Below, piece after piece: positions 26,166 through 38,526 of a stretch of 64,000 nucleotides of DNA. A program made the translations under genes and the position numbers. Positions within the stretch are counted from its first letter, which is position 1. Every line of letters starts with the position of its first letter. The stretch is from Mytilus trossulus (lineage: Eukaryota): NCBI RefSeq assembly GCF_036588685.1, contig NC_086374.1, positions 52,328,001 through 52,392,000 of the forward strand. Reading direction: 5' to 3'. Under the pieces are notes generated by a model that ran no database searches, was not told the origin of the DNA, and saw only the letters and a list, made by a program, of their open reading frames with translations.

Positions 26166-27134
26166 AGCTGGGGTTACACGTTCACGATTTTTACTGGCGT
26201 CCTTGACAGGACCATTCCCGACCAAAATTTGTCAAAAGTCTTATCAAGGTCCTGTGAATCATGGATGGAAATTCAAACTTTCATTAAAATTTGTAAAACA
26301 AATAATGTTATCATGACAACGATCAGATATTGTTCAGGAAACGTCGATATTCAATCGTTTTCAAGCGAATTTATCACGATAATCCCGTTCTCAGTCCGCT
26401 TCTAATTCAATTTGGATCTTTCGCCAGGTAAAATTCGAGCAAGTCTGTCACGACTGCGTCCCGATTCTACCGAATGTGATCCGACAGAGATCAGACAATG
26501 ACCAGACAGTGAATCGACACTGAAAACTGTCGGCATACACGGGATGATAAGGTACTGTCGGAACGTAATCCTATCACTGTCCGCTCCATCGCATTGCGAA
26601 AGGCTTTGTCTGGTCTCAGTCGTATTGTATTCTGTAAATGTCGGGACTCTGACGTGGGTATCATTGACGAATTTCGTATTGATAACGGGACTGTTCCGGA
26701 ACGGTTTCGGCATAAACAGTTCGCAATTGACAAGATCTGGATGCAGTCTGGACTCAATCGGCAGAAAAACAACAATGAAAAATTTCTCCAGGTTATTCTC
26801 GTTCCACAGAACACCGTCCAGAAAACACATAACCTTGTTAGGATTTTGATCCGATACAACAAAATCTATCACGGCATAGGCACGATTGTAATCAAACTAA
26901 ATAAAATTGTCTGAGTTTCCTCGAATTTACGGGACGCACCTTACTGTCGGGGTGCTTCGCAAAACTATTCAGGCCCTTCCCGACCCGTAGAAATCTGTAA
27001 AGAAAATAAACGACTGCGTTTAGACAATGATAGGACATTTCGGATAATTGAGTAATCCGACTTTTTCACTTTTCCTGTCGTATCTCTGTCTGATCTCAAA
27101 CGAGAGCAATAATCGGCAATGTGTGAACCGCGCA
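26166..27134 (+). mobile_element. Harbinger-type copy D (969 bp, complete, appears most diverged)
   Basis: Head-to-tail with B across a single TTA (26163-26165). The right flank is TTT + ATTCAATC, and sister units show the empty site TC-TTA-ATTCAATC (~9929). Confidence 0.88.
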
Positions 27135-28504
27135 TTTATTCAATCAAACAATATGTGTTGATGAAATCTTGTTTTTATATTGATTGAATTATTTGCCTTC
27201 AGTTTTTTCAATTGGTTATGCATATACACAATGTAGATAATCAAGTTTCTGCACAATTGTATTGTGCAATATCAACCACAAACTATTGTCAATAAATTAA
27301 GTATATAAAAAAAAAATTAAATCGTAATTTGATTTACCCTGTTTCGAGCGAGTGACCTTTATATATCCTTGTTTAAATTTCCACTTACTTTTAACATGGT
27401 TACGTCTTTTAAAAAAAAAACCAAATAAAATATAATGACGTTTTCAATAACGTCTAACAAGTTTCAGTCAGTTCACTTTGACTTTCATCCAAAGTCAAAA
27501 CATATGTACAACTAACCCCATCCTAAACTAATATTTTCTCGAAGACCATTCGATATATTTTTTGACATGTCACAACATGACCTAGCACAAAATTAATTCG
27601 TCTATCTTGATAAAACAGTACATGCTTGAAAGCAATTTTGTAGTTACGTAAAACCGCCCGTTTTCGGTAAAACTTTATAGCTCTCCACTTTGGTTGGTGA
27701 GACATATATAGTCAACGGCATTAATGGTGCATTTAGTATTATTGATATAGTTGGTATATGGCTAAGTGTTCTGGGAATTCTAATGTCATGAAAATCTCTT
27801 AATCTCTTTTGTTAAACCAATTTGCAAACACACAGTGATTTATTGCATTTATGTTCTAAATGGTACTGTAGTAATGATAGAAAGAAGAGTTCATTTTGAC
27901 TTTTTCGCTTTATTTTTTTCTGTGGTCTTTTTCATGCCTCTTTGTGAAATGATTGTAGAAGGGAATGATTGTCTTAATGTTATCATTCAATATTTTAAAG
28001 TATATCAATTGCATCATTGTTTAGTAACTGTCTGCATGTTTAAGATGTTCTAAAGAAGCTGTTATATTTATGCCGCTGTAGTTTTCATGTTGTTATTATA
28101 TATGTACAGATGAAAAAAAAAAAAAGGAACACACTATAAGAAACATCTTGGCTGTTACGGTATATTATGGAGTGGTCCGTTTGGTTGTAAGAATAGTGTA
28201 GAATTGCCCCTGTTTCTACAGAAACTTTGTTATTTAGTCAATTTGGTTTCCATAATAGCAATTGCATATCCTCTCCTTTGGAAATCATTATTGGCTTGTT
28301 TCCAAAAAAGTTTCACTTGTTTTAAAACTAAGAAAGTTTATCTTATTACATGACCGGACGAGATTGGGTATTTTCGGTGATGATAAGGAAGAGAACGGGT
28401 TAAATAAATACAGAAGAACGCTTAACCTTGAAAGTATACTTAATCAACGGAGCTGGAAGAAAGTCTAATTAATATCCCTGCTATGGTTGACTCAATAAAA
28501 GATA

Positions 28505-29805
28505 CTAATCAATTTACTTGTGGTCAAAAAGTGTGAAGAACATTCATTTTATAAGCTCTTCAAATAAGATGTGCATTCAAATATTATTCAAAATCAATGC
28601 AGTTAAACAAATTCTTAACATGGATTAAGGGTTCGTTGCGTTTAAAATAACAATAATTATTGGCGTATTTTTCTAAAACACACATTAACATTCACGAAAA
28701 GTGGTAATAAATTGTTAGGGATTGTAAAAGGCTGAATTTCGAAATATAATATAAAAGTACGTTTCCTTTTGATATGTTTATTTGCATGTCTGTACAATAT
28801 TGGTAGTCAGGTGCTGATTAGCTCATATGCAATTACAAAATATTCTTTGCAAGTTTGCTTATCTGTTTTTGTTTTTACTATACACCATTTGAATGCCCAA
28901 ATTAAAAATTGGGAACTTTTGATTCAAAATTGAAATATTTTTTTCTACTTTTTGTTATTTGTATATAATACAGGCAGATTAATTTTTACGACATTGACAT
29001 ATATTTATAAGTAGTATGTCGTGCTTTTAAGCGAAATATCATTTTAAGTTAGTTTTTGCATTTTCAAAGAGTGTGTCTTATTTTTTATTTGATGTTTATT
29101 TACAGTTATCTGCGTAATTTGTAATAATGACGTCGTTTTCATCAGATCATTTGAAATAGATACAAAATCAGTTAATTAATTACCTATATTTGGATTCAAG
29201 TTGTATATATATTCTAAGATATTAGTTGTAAAACCTTCCAATCATCTAAGTCTGCAATATTGATGCTTGACCTTTGGCTTTTAAGCGAAGAATTCTAATA
29301 ATGATGAAACTGGTCACGGAGATGACAGAAAGGACATCTCTATAAAGCTCATAGACATAAAAAAACAAAAAACATATGCCGTTAAAAGTTGAAGTCCCTA
29401 TTGTATGTCTGCAGTCGATATTGATGTTTGGTGTTTTAAATTTCATTGCTCTAAATCAGTGAATTTATAATTGACAACTAAGATCAAAAGAATAACATAT
29501 CAAAGAGAATGAAAAACATGCAAAAACACAAATACAGATACATGTTGTACATGTACATGATGTGATCCAGTCGTTATGAAATATGCGTTTAATTGAAACA
29601 AGTAGATATGGCATGGTTGCGGATGAAACAACAATTCACACTAAGACCAAAGTAGCAAAGAAAAACAGATCATCCAAAAGTTGTCCACTGTGATCAACAA
29701 ACTCCATACAGTAGAGTGAACAGTTACAGTGAATGGATAACAAATTAGGAAATATAAAACAACAGAGTTCCAAATTATTTGAAGCGTTGCGCACTCACAA
29801 ATATG
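28505..29805 (-). pseudogene. Decayed GPCR-like pseudogene, copy 4
   Basis: 'RNASNNLELCCFIFPNLLSIHCNCSLY..DDLFFFATLV', 'RHTIGTSTFNGICFLFFYVY' (ORF 29246-29446), TM7 'IIIVILNATNP(L)IH' at ~28615-28665. Collinear with copy 3 and shares its ECL2 deletion. Confidence 0.55.
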
Positions 29806-29829
29806 TATAACCAGGCATATATTTATATA

Positions 29830-30140
29830 TAAAAAAGAAGATGTGGTATGATTGCCAATGAGACAACTATCCACAAAAGACCAAATTGACACAAACATTA
29901 ACAATCATAGGTTACCGTACGGCCTTCAACAATGAGCAAAGCCCATACCGCATATAGTCAGCTATAAAAGGCCCGATAAGACAATGTAAAACAATTCAAG
30001 CGAGAAAACTAACGGCCTGATTTATGTAAAACAAATGAACGAAAAACAAATATGTAACACATAAACAAACGACAACCACTAAATTACAGGCTCCTGACTT
30101 GGGACAGGCACATACATAAATAATGTGGGGGGGTTAAACA
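29830..30140 (+). mobile_element. Family A copy inserted just upstream of pseudogene copy 4
   Basis: Absent from the equivalent position in sister units (e.g. 21895-21920, 16600-16625); high identity to 4057-4370. Confidence 0.8.
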
Positions 30141-31460
30141 TATATGCTTGTCCTAAACCCTAGCGTTTGTCGTAAGTTGCCGTCTATGTTTCGACATTGG
30201 CGTGACAGCATGAATTTAAAAAGGACGACACAAGAAATCAAGGAAAAATCAAACAAAATGAATAGGACTTTAAAGCAGACAACACGATTAACAATAGAAA
30301 AACAAAGGAACAGAAAACAAAACTAAACTTTACGCAACAATTATCCCATCTAAAAAACCCAAATAAACTCGGTTAAATTGCATTTATACTCACCATGTCA
30401 ATTTTTAGCACACCCCCCAAAAAAGACGAAACCTATCGATATTAAAGTGCTGAAGTACTCGCATTTACCGAACCTAGATAAAAGCCCACTTCAAACTATT
30501 ATTTTATATGAATATTTTTGAATGTTTTTGTAGACAACAAATTATGATAAAAGAAAACAAGAAATGATATCTATCCCCGATAACACAATTAAGTCTCAAT
30601 ATTAAAACTTATTATAGGAAAGTCAGAATTTACAAAGAAATTCTTTAATCAATACACGTCGATTTTTATACTAATAAAGGGAAATGTTGGATCTTTGAGT
30701 CATCAAACCAAGCAATACGCACGTGTTTACATACACATATTTTGTTTTCCCTTTTGCCTATGACTTTTATTTGTCCTATTACTGTTTGTTAAATCGATTT
30801 GCTACATTACATAACGTTTGATTGTTTGTATTGTTAACGATTTTAAATAGACTCTGGAAAGTTTAGAACTTGACGTATTGTACCTATCTGTTGTTATAGA
30901 CTGTTTTTTATGGACTGTAAGCTTACAAATGTGGGTTTTTTTTTCGCATTGCTGTCTCATAGACTTTTTCCAACATCTTCTCATTAACATAACATATATT
31001 TTTTTCGTTGGTTAAATGAAAACCTAAACTCCACCGAAGTATTATTGGCTGGAGAATACACAACTTTTCGTTCTAGATGATGTGACAAAGTAAAAAATTA
31101 CAATACAACCAACGAAAATTAAACATGTAAACAACTTATCATCTAAAAATATAGATGGACGAATAAATGAAATTACGTGTTTCCTCCGAATTGCAATAAA
31201 TTTTCCAAAGGTTGCTATGCTAAAGATCAAAGGTTTTGAACGCATTTAATTTTAAAGAAATGAATATGTGTTATATCAATTCAGATATTTGAATAAGTGA
31301 TATCGTCGGTGTTGTATCTTTGTTTCATCTTGTTCAGGAAGGATGCATATTCACATCTTTGTAAACTTTAAAGCGTTTCACATATTGTCTACACAGTGGT
31401 CTACTGTTGAATACAGTTTGGTGCATCTTACTACTGTAATATAATCAGTACCAATTTTAC

Positions 31461-31505
31461 TGTACAATATATGTGTTTCAACAATAATGATCTATTCAGT
31501 AATGC
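31461..31505 (-). ncRNA. Hammerhead ribozyme remnant (family 2), reverse orientation, highly decayed; truncated sister at ~9265-9300
   Basis: The reverse complement reads GAGCATTACTGAATAGATCATTATTGTTGAAACACATATATTGTACAGTAAAATTGGTAC, which aligns with the family-2 copy at 52753 and its flanks. Confidence 0.45.
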
Positions 31506-32271
31506 TCGACGCCAAAATATTTGAAAATTCAAAATGTAATATTAACGTTCATGACCTGATCGATCCATAAAACCCAAAGTATAGCCGAACTGTCAATTAG
31601 ATACATGAACATAAACAGTATATGCGATATCTTCCAGTAAGTAGACATCTTTCCTCTTTGTGTTTCTTATATGCATTTTCAGTGGATATTATTCAGCTCG
31701 TTAACTTTTGAATAAGTTTTGAATAAGTTTTGTATTTTCCTGACGAAACATTGCTTTTAAATAACCTCATCTGGCGCAGTAAAACTGGTATCGTCAATAT
31801 TATTACTACCAATGGCGAGACCTCTGATCACCTCTAGTGATGAATGCATAGTTTTAATTTCTCAATGTCTCAGTTTTGGATTTTAAGATATATATGTTTT
31901 GACGACATATGATGCAATAAATTTGTACAGTTAATTTTTATTATACACATATACGAATGACAATGATATAACATGTACAATAAATCTTTTCCTTTCAATT
32001 TTATTTGTCTTATTACACATTATGATCAAATTCTTGGTTAAAATAAGTTCCTTAGAAAATAAAATCTCGCGTTTATTCCTCTTGTATGGAACATTTATTT
32101 AATCAACAGCCATTGTCTGCTTTCACAATAAGCTCTTATGTATTAATTCAATCAAAACATATGTGTTGATGATATCTTGGTTTTGGATTGATTGAATTAT
32201 TTTCCTTTGACTTTTTCCCCATTCTCTATAAATATACACGAAGTAGTTAATCATGTTTTAGCACAATAATA

Positions 32272-32829
32272 GTAATCAATTGTGGACTTTTGACGAATTC
32301 AATACGTTATATATGGACCTGTTCAGATTATATTGACCGAGGACGAAGTGCGAGTGTCAATATAATCTAACTGGTCCATATATAACGTATTGACCGAGTG
32401 AAAGACAATAATTTCTATATTACATACGTAAATAATGTATTCGGAAAATGACATTCAATGTTCTTTCTTCTGTGTATTTTTAATTTGTTTTTGCAAGACT
32501 TCATGTTATTAAAAACATAAATATTTTTAAACAACTTCATAGCTTGTTCCATTAATTTATTGTCTTCTTAGCTTCTTTATTTTACAAAAAAACTTGAAAT
32601 ATCCAATTAAAAACTTGCCATTTTGTCTTCTGTGGCGCTTCCTATGTTGCTGTCATGTGTGACGTCATAAATCTAAATTTAGTAACATTTTCATATTGAC
32701 CATCAATATACGTATAAATATAAATATAGCGTTGATATACGTAAAAATAGAAACAAGGCGTTTAATACGTCTAATTACATTGGAAACAAGTGATCGTTAT
32801 ACCCGTTGAAAACAGTAGAATATTCCCCA
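32272..32829 (-). mobile_element. Crypton-like non-autonomous element with a long internal hairpin
   Basis: Absent in sister units (GCACAATGATTTTGTGCAATATC at ~10044). Hairpin 32300-32392 with ~37-bp arms and a GCGAAGC-like loop. A decayed minus-strand start 'MASF*LDISSFL*NKEAKKT..EQAMKLFK' recalls Crypton N-termini. Confidence 0.5.
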
Positions 32830-34449
32830 TATGCGATATCAATCACAATCTATTTCTAATAAATTGAGTATATCAAAAATTTTAATAGCTTAACTAGATG
32901 TGTCCTGTTTCGGGCGAGGGACTTTGATTTATGTGACTACATGTCCACTGAGGTTTTTTTCAAAGCAATTATGATATCATAGTTCCATAACGCCTGACAA
33001 GTTTCAGTCAGTTCTTTATTCCTTTGAATAAATTCATGACACAACTTACCGCAAAATATTTTCTTGCAGAGAAAAAAATACGTTCAAAATCTGTCATTAA
33101 TATTTTTTTACATGCCATAACATGACCTTACACAAATATTATATAACAGGCACTTGCTAGCAGAAATAGTTCGTTTATCTTAATAAAACAGTACATGCTT
33201 GAAATCGATTTTGTTGTAACGTAATACCGACCGTTTTCGTTAAACCTTTATTACTCTCCCCACTTTGGGTTGTCAGACATCTATGTCCTTCGGAATTAAT
33301 AGTCTATTCAGTATCATTGATAGCTTGTATACGGCTGAGTGTTCTGGGAACTCAAATGTCAAGAAAATCCCGTAATCTCTTTGGTTAGACTTATTTGTAA
33401 ACCAACAAATGATTTATTGCATTTGTGTTCTGAATGGTATTGTAGAATGGCGACTTTTTCGCTTTATTTGTTCATGTGGTCCTTTTAATGTCTCGTTATG
33501 AAATAATTGTGTTCGAAGCTGACCGTCATTACGTAATCATTCGAGGTTTGGATATATAAAAGACGATTTGGTACGATTACCAATGCGACAACTATCCACA
33601 AAAGACCAAATAACAGCAATAGGTCACAGCAAGGCCTTCAACAATGAGCAAAATCCATACTGCATAATCAGTTATAAAAGTCCCCGAAATAAAAATGAGA
33701 AAACTTACGACCTAATTTGTGTACAAAAAAATTATGGAAAACAAATATGTAACACAGCAGCAAATGACAACCACTGTATTACAGGCTCCTGACCTAGGAT
33801 AGGCACATTCAGGATGTGTCATGTCAACGGGCTCAAAGCCCTCCCTTAACAAGGAACAGTTGTTTTACAATGCAACATAAGAACAAACTAATAAAATCAG
33901 TTGATATGGCTTTACTCCTCAGTTTGACACAAATAGTAATACTTCCAACAAAAGCACAGAGTTGACTTGTGTATCCCAAAAACAATGATACACAAAGTAC
34001 AGATATGAGAGTATTCACAGTTACTGACAGCTACATGTACTTCGAAGCCAATTACAACTTATAAAAATAATGATACAGATATTAAATGCATAATTGTATG
34101 ATAACTGCATACAGTTTGTGGTTTTTTTTAAAGGCAGGTATATGTATGCCTTTTGAGGTATCTTTCTATAATAATATTAAAGTCTTAGCAAGTTAAGGGG
34201 ATATAAGCATGATAAATTATGAACTTTGAATAGAATAGTTATCTATATTTACAGAAATGAAACCTGAAAGTGTGTGTCGTTTTGTTTCAAAAAACATTTG
34301 TTTATCTAGAAAATATTTTTGTTATCAAGGATACGTTTAAAAAGATATATAAAACAGCAAAAAACTCAGCCATAATTAATTGACTTTTCAGTAAATGTAT
34401 TATTTTATAAACAAGTGTGAATAAATTATTTGATAACAAAAACAGTTTT

Positions 34450-35300
34450 TACAACACTCTCATTCCCCCTCTCTCGTATGCTCTGTCTTCTCCTTACATC
34501 ACATATCTTATCACTCTCTCACTTACGCTCACACTCTCTCCACTCAACCATGATATCGCTCTTCTCTCACTTGGTACTCTCTCTTTAACACACACACTCT
34601 CCTGTCTCACACACAGAAACTCTATCTCGTCTCGTCTATCCAAAACACCCCCACATACTTTGTAAATCCTTACTCACACACAGTATGTCTGCTGTCCCTC
34701 ACATACACTATGTCTATACACAGTATGTTTGCTGTTCCTCACACACAATTTGTCTGCAACTTCTCTCATACAATTTCTCCTCTCTGTCACACATTCTTCC
34801 ACTCTGCTCTCTCCTCTCTTGTCTAAATTTCTCCTCTCATCTGTCTCTCACAACCACTCTCATTCTATCTCACATTCTCTCCTCCTATCTCTCTCTTCCT
34901 GTCTCACACTCTCTCCTTCTATCTCACACTCTCTTCCTGTCTCACACTCTCTCTCCTCCTATCTCTCACTCTCTCCTTCTATATCACACTCTCTCCTCCT
35001 ATCTCACAATCTCTCCTATCTCACACTCTCTCCTCTCTCTCTCTTCCTATCTCACAGTCTCTCCTCCTGTCTCACAGTGTCTGCTCCTGTCTCACACTCT
35101 CTCCTTCTATCTCACAGTCTCTCCTCTCTCTCTTCCTATCTCACACTGTCACCTCCTGTCTCACAGTGTCTCGTCCTGTCTCACAATTTGTCCCCCTATC
35201 TCACACTCTCCCCTTCTCTCCTCCTTTCTCCTATCTTACACTTTCTTCTCCTATCCTATCTCACACTTGCGCTCCTATTACACTCACCTTTACTCCAACC
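34450..35300 (+). repeat. CT-rich minisatellite / low-complexity tract (~20-bp unit CTCTCCTCCT(A/G)TCTCACA(C/G)T)
   Basis: Obvious reiteration at 34850-35270; it generates the S/L/H-rich spurious ORFs. Confidence 0.9.
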
Positions 35301-37061
35301 CTTAAATTTATCCCTGCCCTTACCACCTGTGAACCTTAAACTACTTCACCCTTGCAATGTAAAAAGCTTTACAAATAACCCATAAGCCTAGCTACCCCTA
35401 TCACCAGAAATACATCTCATCCTTTCCACTACCCGACACTATTCCCTTATTCCTAAACATGACCCCAACTCCTCTCCCAGTAAAAGCTCTGTATACGACT
35501 GTTTCCCATCCACATGAGAAATATCAATATGACAGAGATTCAAATTGGCTATGACAGTACAGGAGTTCTACTCCTTCATGGATGTGGACACCACAGTCAA
35601 TCAGGGAGGACGCCGTTGTCTACCAATGTATAGGAAAGTTGAGTACTCGTCCCTTCAGTTAACCTTCATTAGGTATAAGTACAACAATATTATATTAGAA
35701 AATCTATGCTTTTTATTGTAATGAAAATGTCATGCTTCACCGGTCTTTTAACATTTTACAATTTGCAATATATACCTGTATGAAGAACCAATGTTTATTG
35801 TTTTCACTAGCATATCACTTTTTTAATATTCTTGATCGATTTTATGTTCGGCTAGCTAAAATAAATCTTACATTTTGTATGCAAAAAAAAAAATTAAATG
35901 AGATGAAATAAAGGGTGCTTACTGTGACAACCCTCCGTCAGTGTTAATATAAGGTAACAAATATACGCTAATTAACAGATTGCACAATGTATGTTAAAAT
36001 CAGTTCATTTGTACTAATCATAGTAATCACTGAACTGTAAAAATATCAATTGAACATTGATATCTTAAATTTTATTAATATTATAAGGTTTTTTTCTAAT
36101 GAATTAAAAGTGGTTATATAACCTTTTTTTTGTCTGACTTTCAAAAACTCAGTTTAATAATATTAACCCCTGTTGTTTCTTAATATTTTTGGTTGGTCCA
36201 TTTGTTCATCATATTTGTGATGCTTAAGTCATATCTTGATTTACATTTTCTTATTGTTCAATTCAACTGCACTTGGTTGTATTCTTTCTCCTTGTAATGT
36301 TTTCTTTTGTATGCATGTAGCCTTTTAATTCAGCATTATTTGTTGGATACCAACTTTCGCTGATTTCGTGGTTTCATGTTAACTACAAAGGAGATGATTC
36401 ACGAAGGGTTAAAATTGGTCCTAAATTTTAAATGTGTTTTTTTTTTTAAATCGGGCCAAAAAAATATATGTTTCATATAGAAATATGATGATGTTATAAT
36501 ACTTTTAAGACAAGCATATACTTTTTTGGCACTTTCTTTAAAAAAAAATTGAAGCTTTGACCTCTAAATATAAATTATTTGTATTCTAGGTCAATTTTGG
36601 TCAATTTAAAAAAAAAATAAAAAAAAATGGCAAAATTAACCTTGGCCGCCATCCACGATCCAAAAAGTTTTTATATTGATGAATTCTATACCAAAATTAG
36701 AATCTTTTGGTAACAAAACATTTTGGATTTCGATTGTGGCGGTAAAAAAAAAGCTTTTAGGTCTGAAAATTGTACAAAATCATTAGATTTTGACAAAATG
36801 TCCAAAATGGGCCCAATTTGGAGAATATTTTGCACCTTTATGAAAATAACTGATTTATTCAGCATTCAGGATTTTAAAATAGATCCATTTACGAACTAAA
36901 TTGTGAACCTTTTGGTGTTTTATGATCAAGTTGATATTTTATGCTATTTTTGGCGATCAGTCAACGGTTACACATTATCCATAATTAAGGATCCAAAGAA
37001 AATAAATGTATTTACAGTGGTCAGGTTTCTGATTTTATCTGGTAGGTTGATTTCCGCTTAA

Positions 37062-37659
37062 GGGCATACGATACAGTTACAGGGGAGGTAATGACGTTGC
37101 TAACGTAAAATGTTATTTTCGCGACGTCAAACTGTGACATATCGGGAAAAGATGCATTTTTCGCCTGAATTTTATAATTCAAACTGATTTAATTTGAAAA
37201 CGAGTTCATGGACCCCTATTTATCAAAACGACAATTTGTTTCATTTTGCAGGGAGATTATGTTACCCAAATTTTATAAAACTGTAAATAGAGGATTTTTT
37301 TAAATTTTGATAAACATGCAGCAAAAAATGACGTTTTTTCCTCAATTCATGAACATTTGATAAATATGAGTTATTTCTGAAAAAAAAATAATGCATATTT
37401 TTTAAGATACTTATAAAATACAGAAATTAACGGTTATTTAAGAAAAGACATTTGTGTTTATCTTTTAAAACAAAAAAGTTAGGTCTTTCTTTCGAAAAAG
37501 AAATTACGGCCACAAATCTGAATTTTGAGCAAATATACAAAATTTCGACCTCATTTTAATCAAAAGGTAGCACGTGAAGGTATTAATTTTTATTACATAA
37601 AATATAGCCTATATGCAAATTTTCATGTAAATACAGGATTAAAACTGTATCGTATGCCC
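37062..37659. mobile_element. ~600-bp TIR element at a TTAA site (Kolobok-like MITE)
   Basis: TTAA + GGGCATACGATACAGTT ... AACTGTATCGTATGCCC. The right flank is TTTT, so the TSD is imperfect. Confidence 0.75.
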
Positions 37660-38526
37660 TTTTTCGTCAATAATTGATTTTATTGGTTCTAACACTAATA
37701 AGGGGGCTCACGGGTATAAATCATTTATTTTTTTTTATATATGATTTCGCTATTTTTTTTTTTTTATATAAATGAACTTTATCATATACTTTATAGAAGA
37801 GTGAAAAAATGGTGTCATCTTTCATTTAAGCTCACAATCTGCCTCCGAAAGAAGCATACATTTGTGAAATACACTGACCCTATAAATGATGGGGGTGAAA
37901 ATACTAGAATGATTCCCACTTGCCTCCCCCTTTCTATTTTTTTTTTGGCGAAGCATAAATTATCCTTTTTTACTTCCCTGGCCACCTGGTTTCCGCCCCA
38001 CTCTAAATTCCCTCCAACCCATCTTTCACTCAATTCCAGGGTTCGATTCCAGAATCGGGTCTACCTAGTGACATCTTTGATGGAAGGGGGTTTCGGAGAT
38101 TGGAAACCTGCTCAAGTTTTTTGGACGATCACTGCATTTAAATGGGACATATGGTTTGGCCTTCAATTAAGTAAGTTTAACAGAACTGAAGCGAAACATA
38201 TGTTAACTGATATTTGAAACCTTTCCATCATCATTTAAAGAATGTCATTAATATAGAACTAATCATTAAATATAAATACCATGATTGAGAGCTTAGTCGG
38301 TTTTATTGAGGGGTGTTATGTGAGAATCGTCTGCATCGGTCAAAGGGAAAATTTTGAAGATCCGGGTTACCTACTAAAACCGAGGGAAACACTATATAAC
38401 ATGTATAAGTGGGAAACAACGAAACAGTTGAAACATTAAGTGAAACAAAAAACAAACGACAATGCAACACAGAGAATTAAACATATAAACAATGCAATAG
38501 TACTTTTCGAAATGCTAACCACAGAA

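Larger units (their letters stand above)
1..34070. repeat. Degenerate tandem segmental array: partial unit 1-~3470, then units ~3471-11170, ~11171-19850, ~20160-28015, ~28016-34070
   Basis: Collinear anchors recur four times. GTTGCCGTCTATGTTTCGAC-like at ~8588, 16650, 21945, 30176. GGGTTAAAAGAGTTCCT-like at ~9823, 18171, 23423, 32036. TTACGTAAAACCG-like at ~10427, 19545, 27644, 33218. GAAACGTAACCAATAGTT at 3788 and 11502. Confidence 0.9.

Noticed and set aside
23769-26914. Many 100-160 aa overlapping ORFs on both strands
   Set aside because: All lie within the ~1-kb TIR element. Several frames are open at once because of its GC-richer, stop-poor composition, frames shift between copies, and there are no DDE or Myb motifs.
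34417-35385. 206- and 218-aa S/L/H-rich ORFs
   Set aside because: Translations of the CT minisatellite.
37741-38217. 158-aa ORF
   Set aside because: Spans a patchwork of repeat fragments and homopolymers with no recognisable domain.
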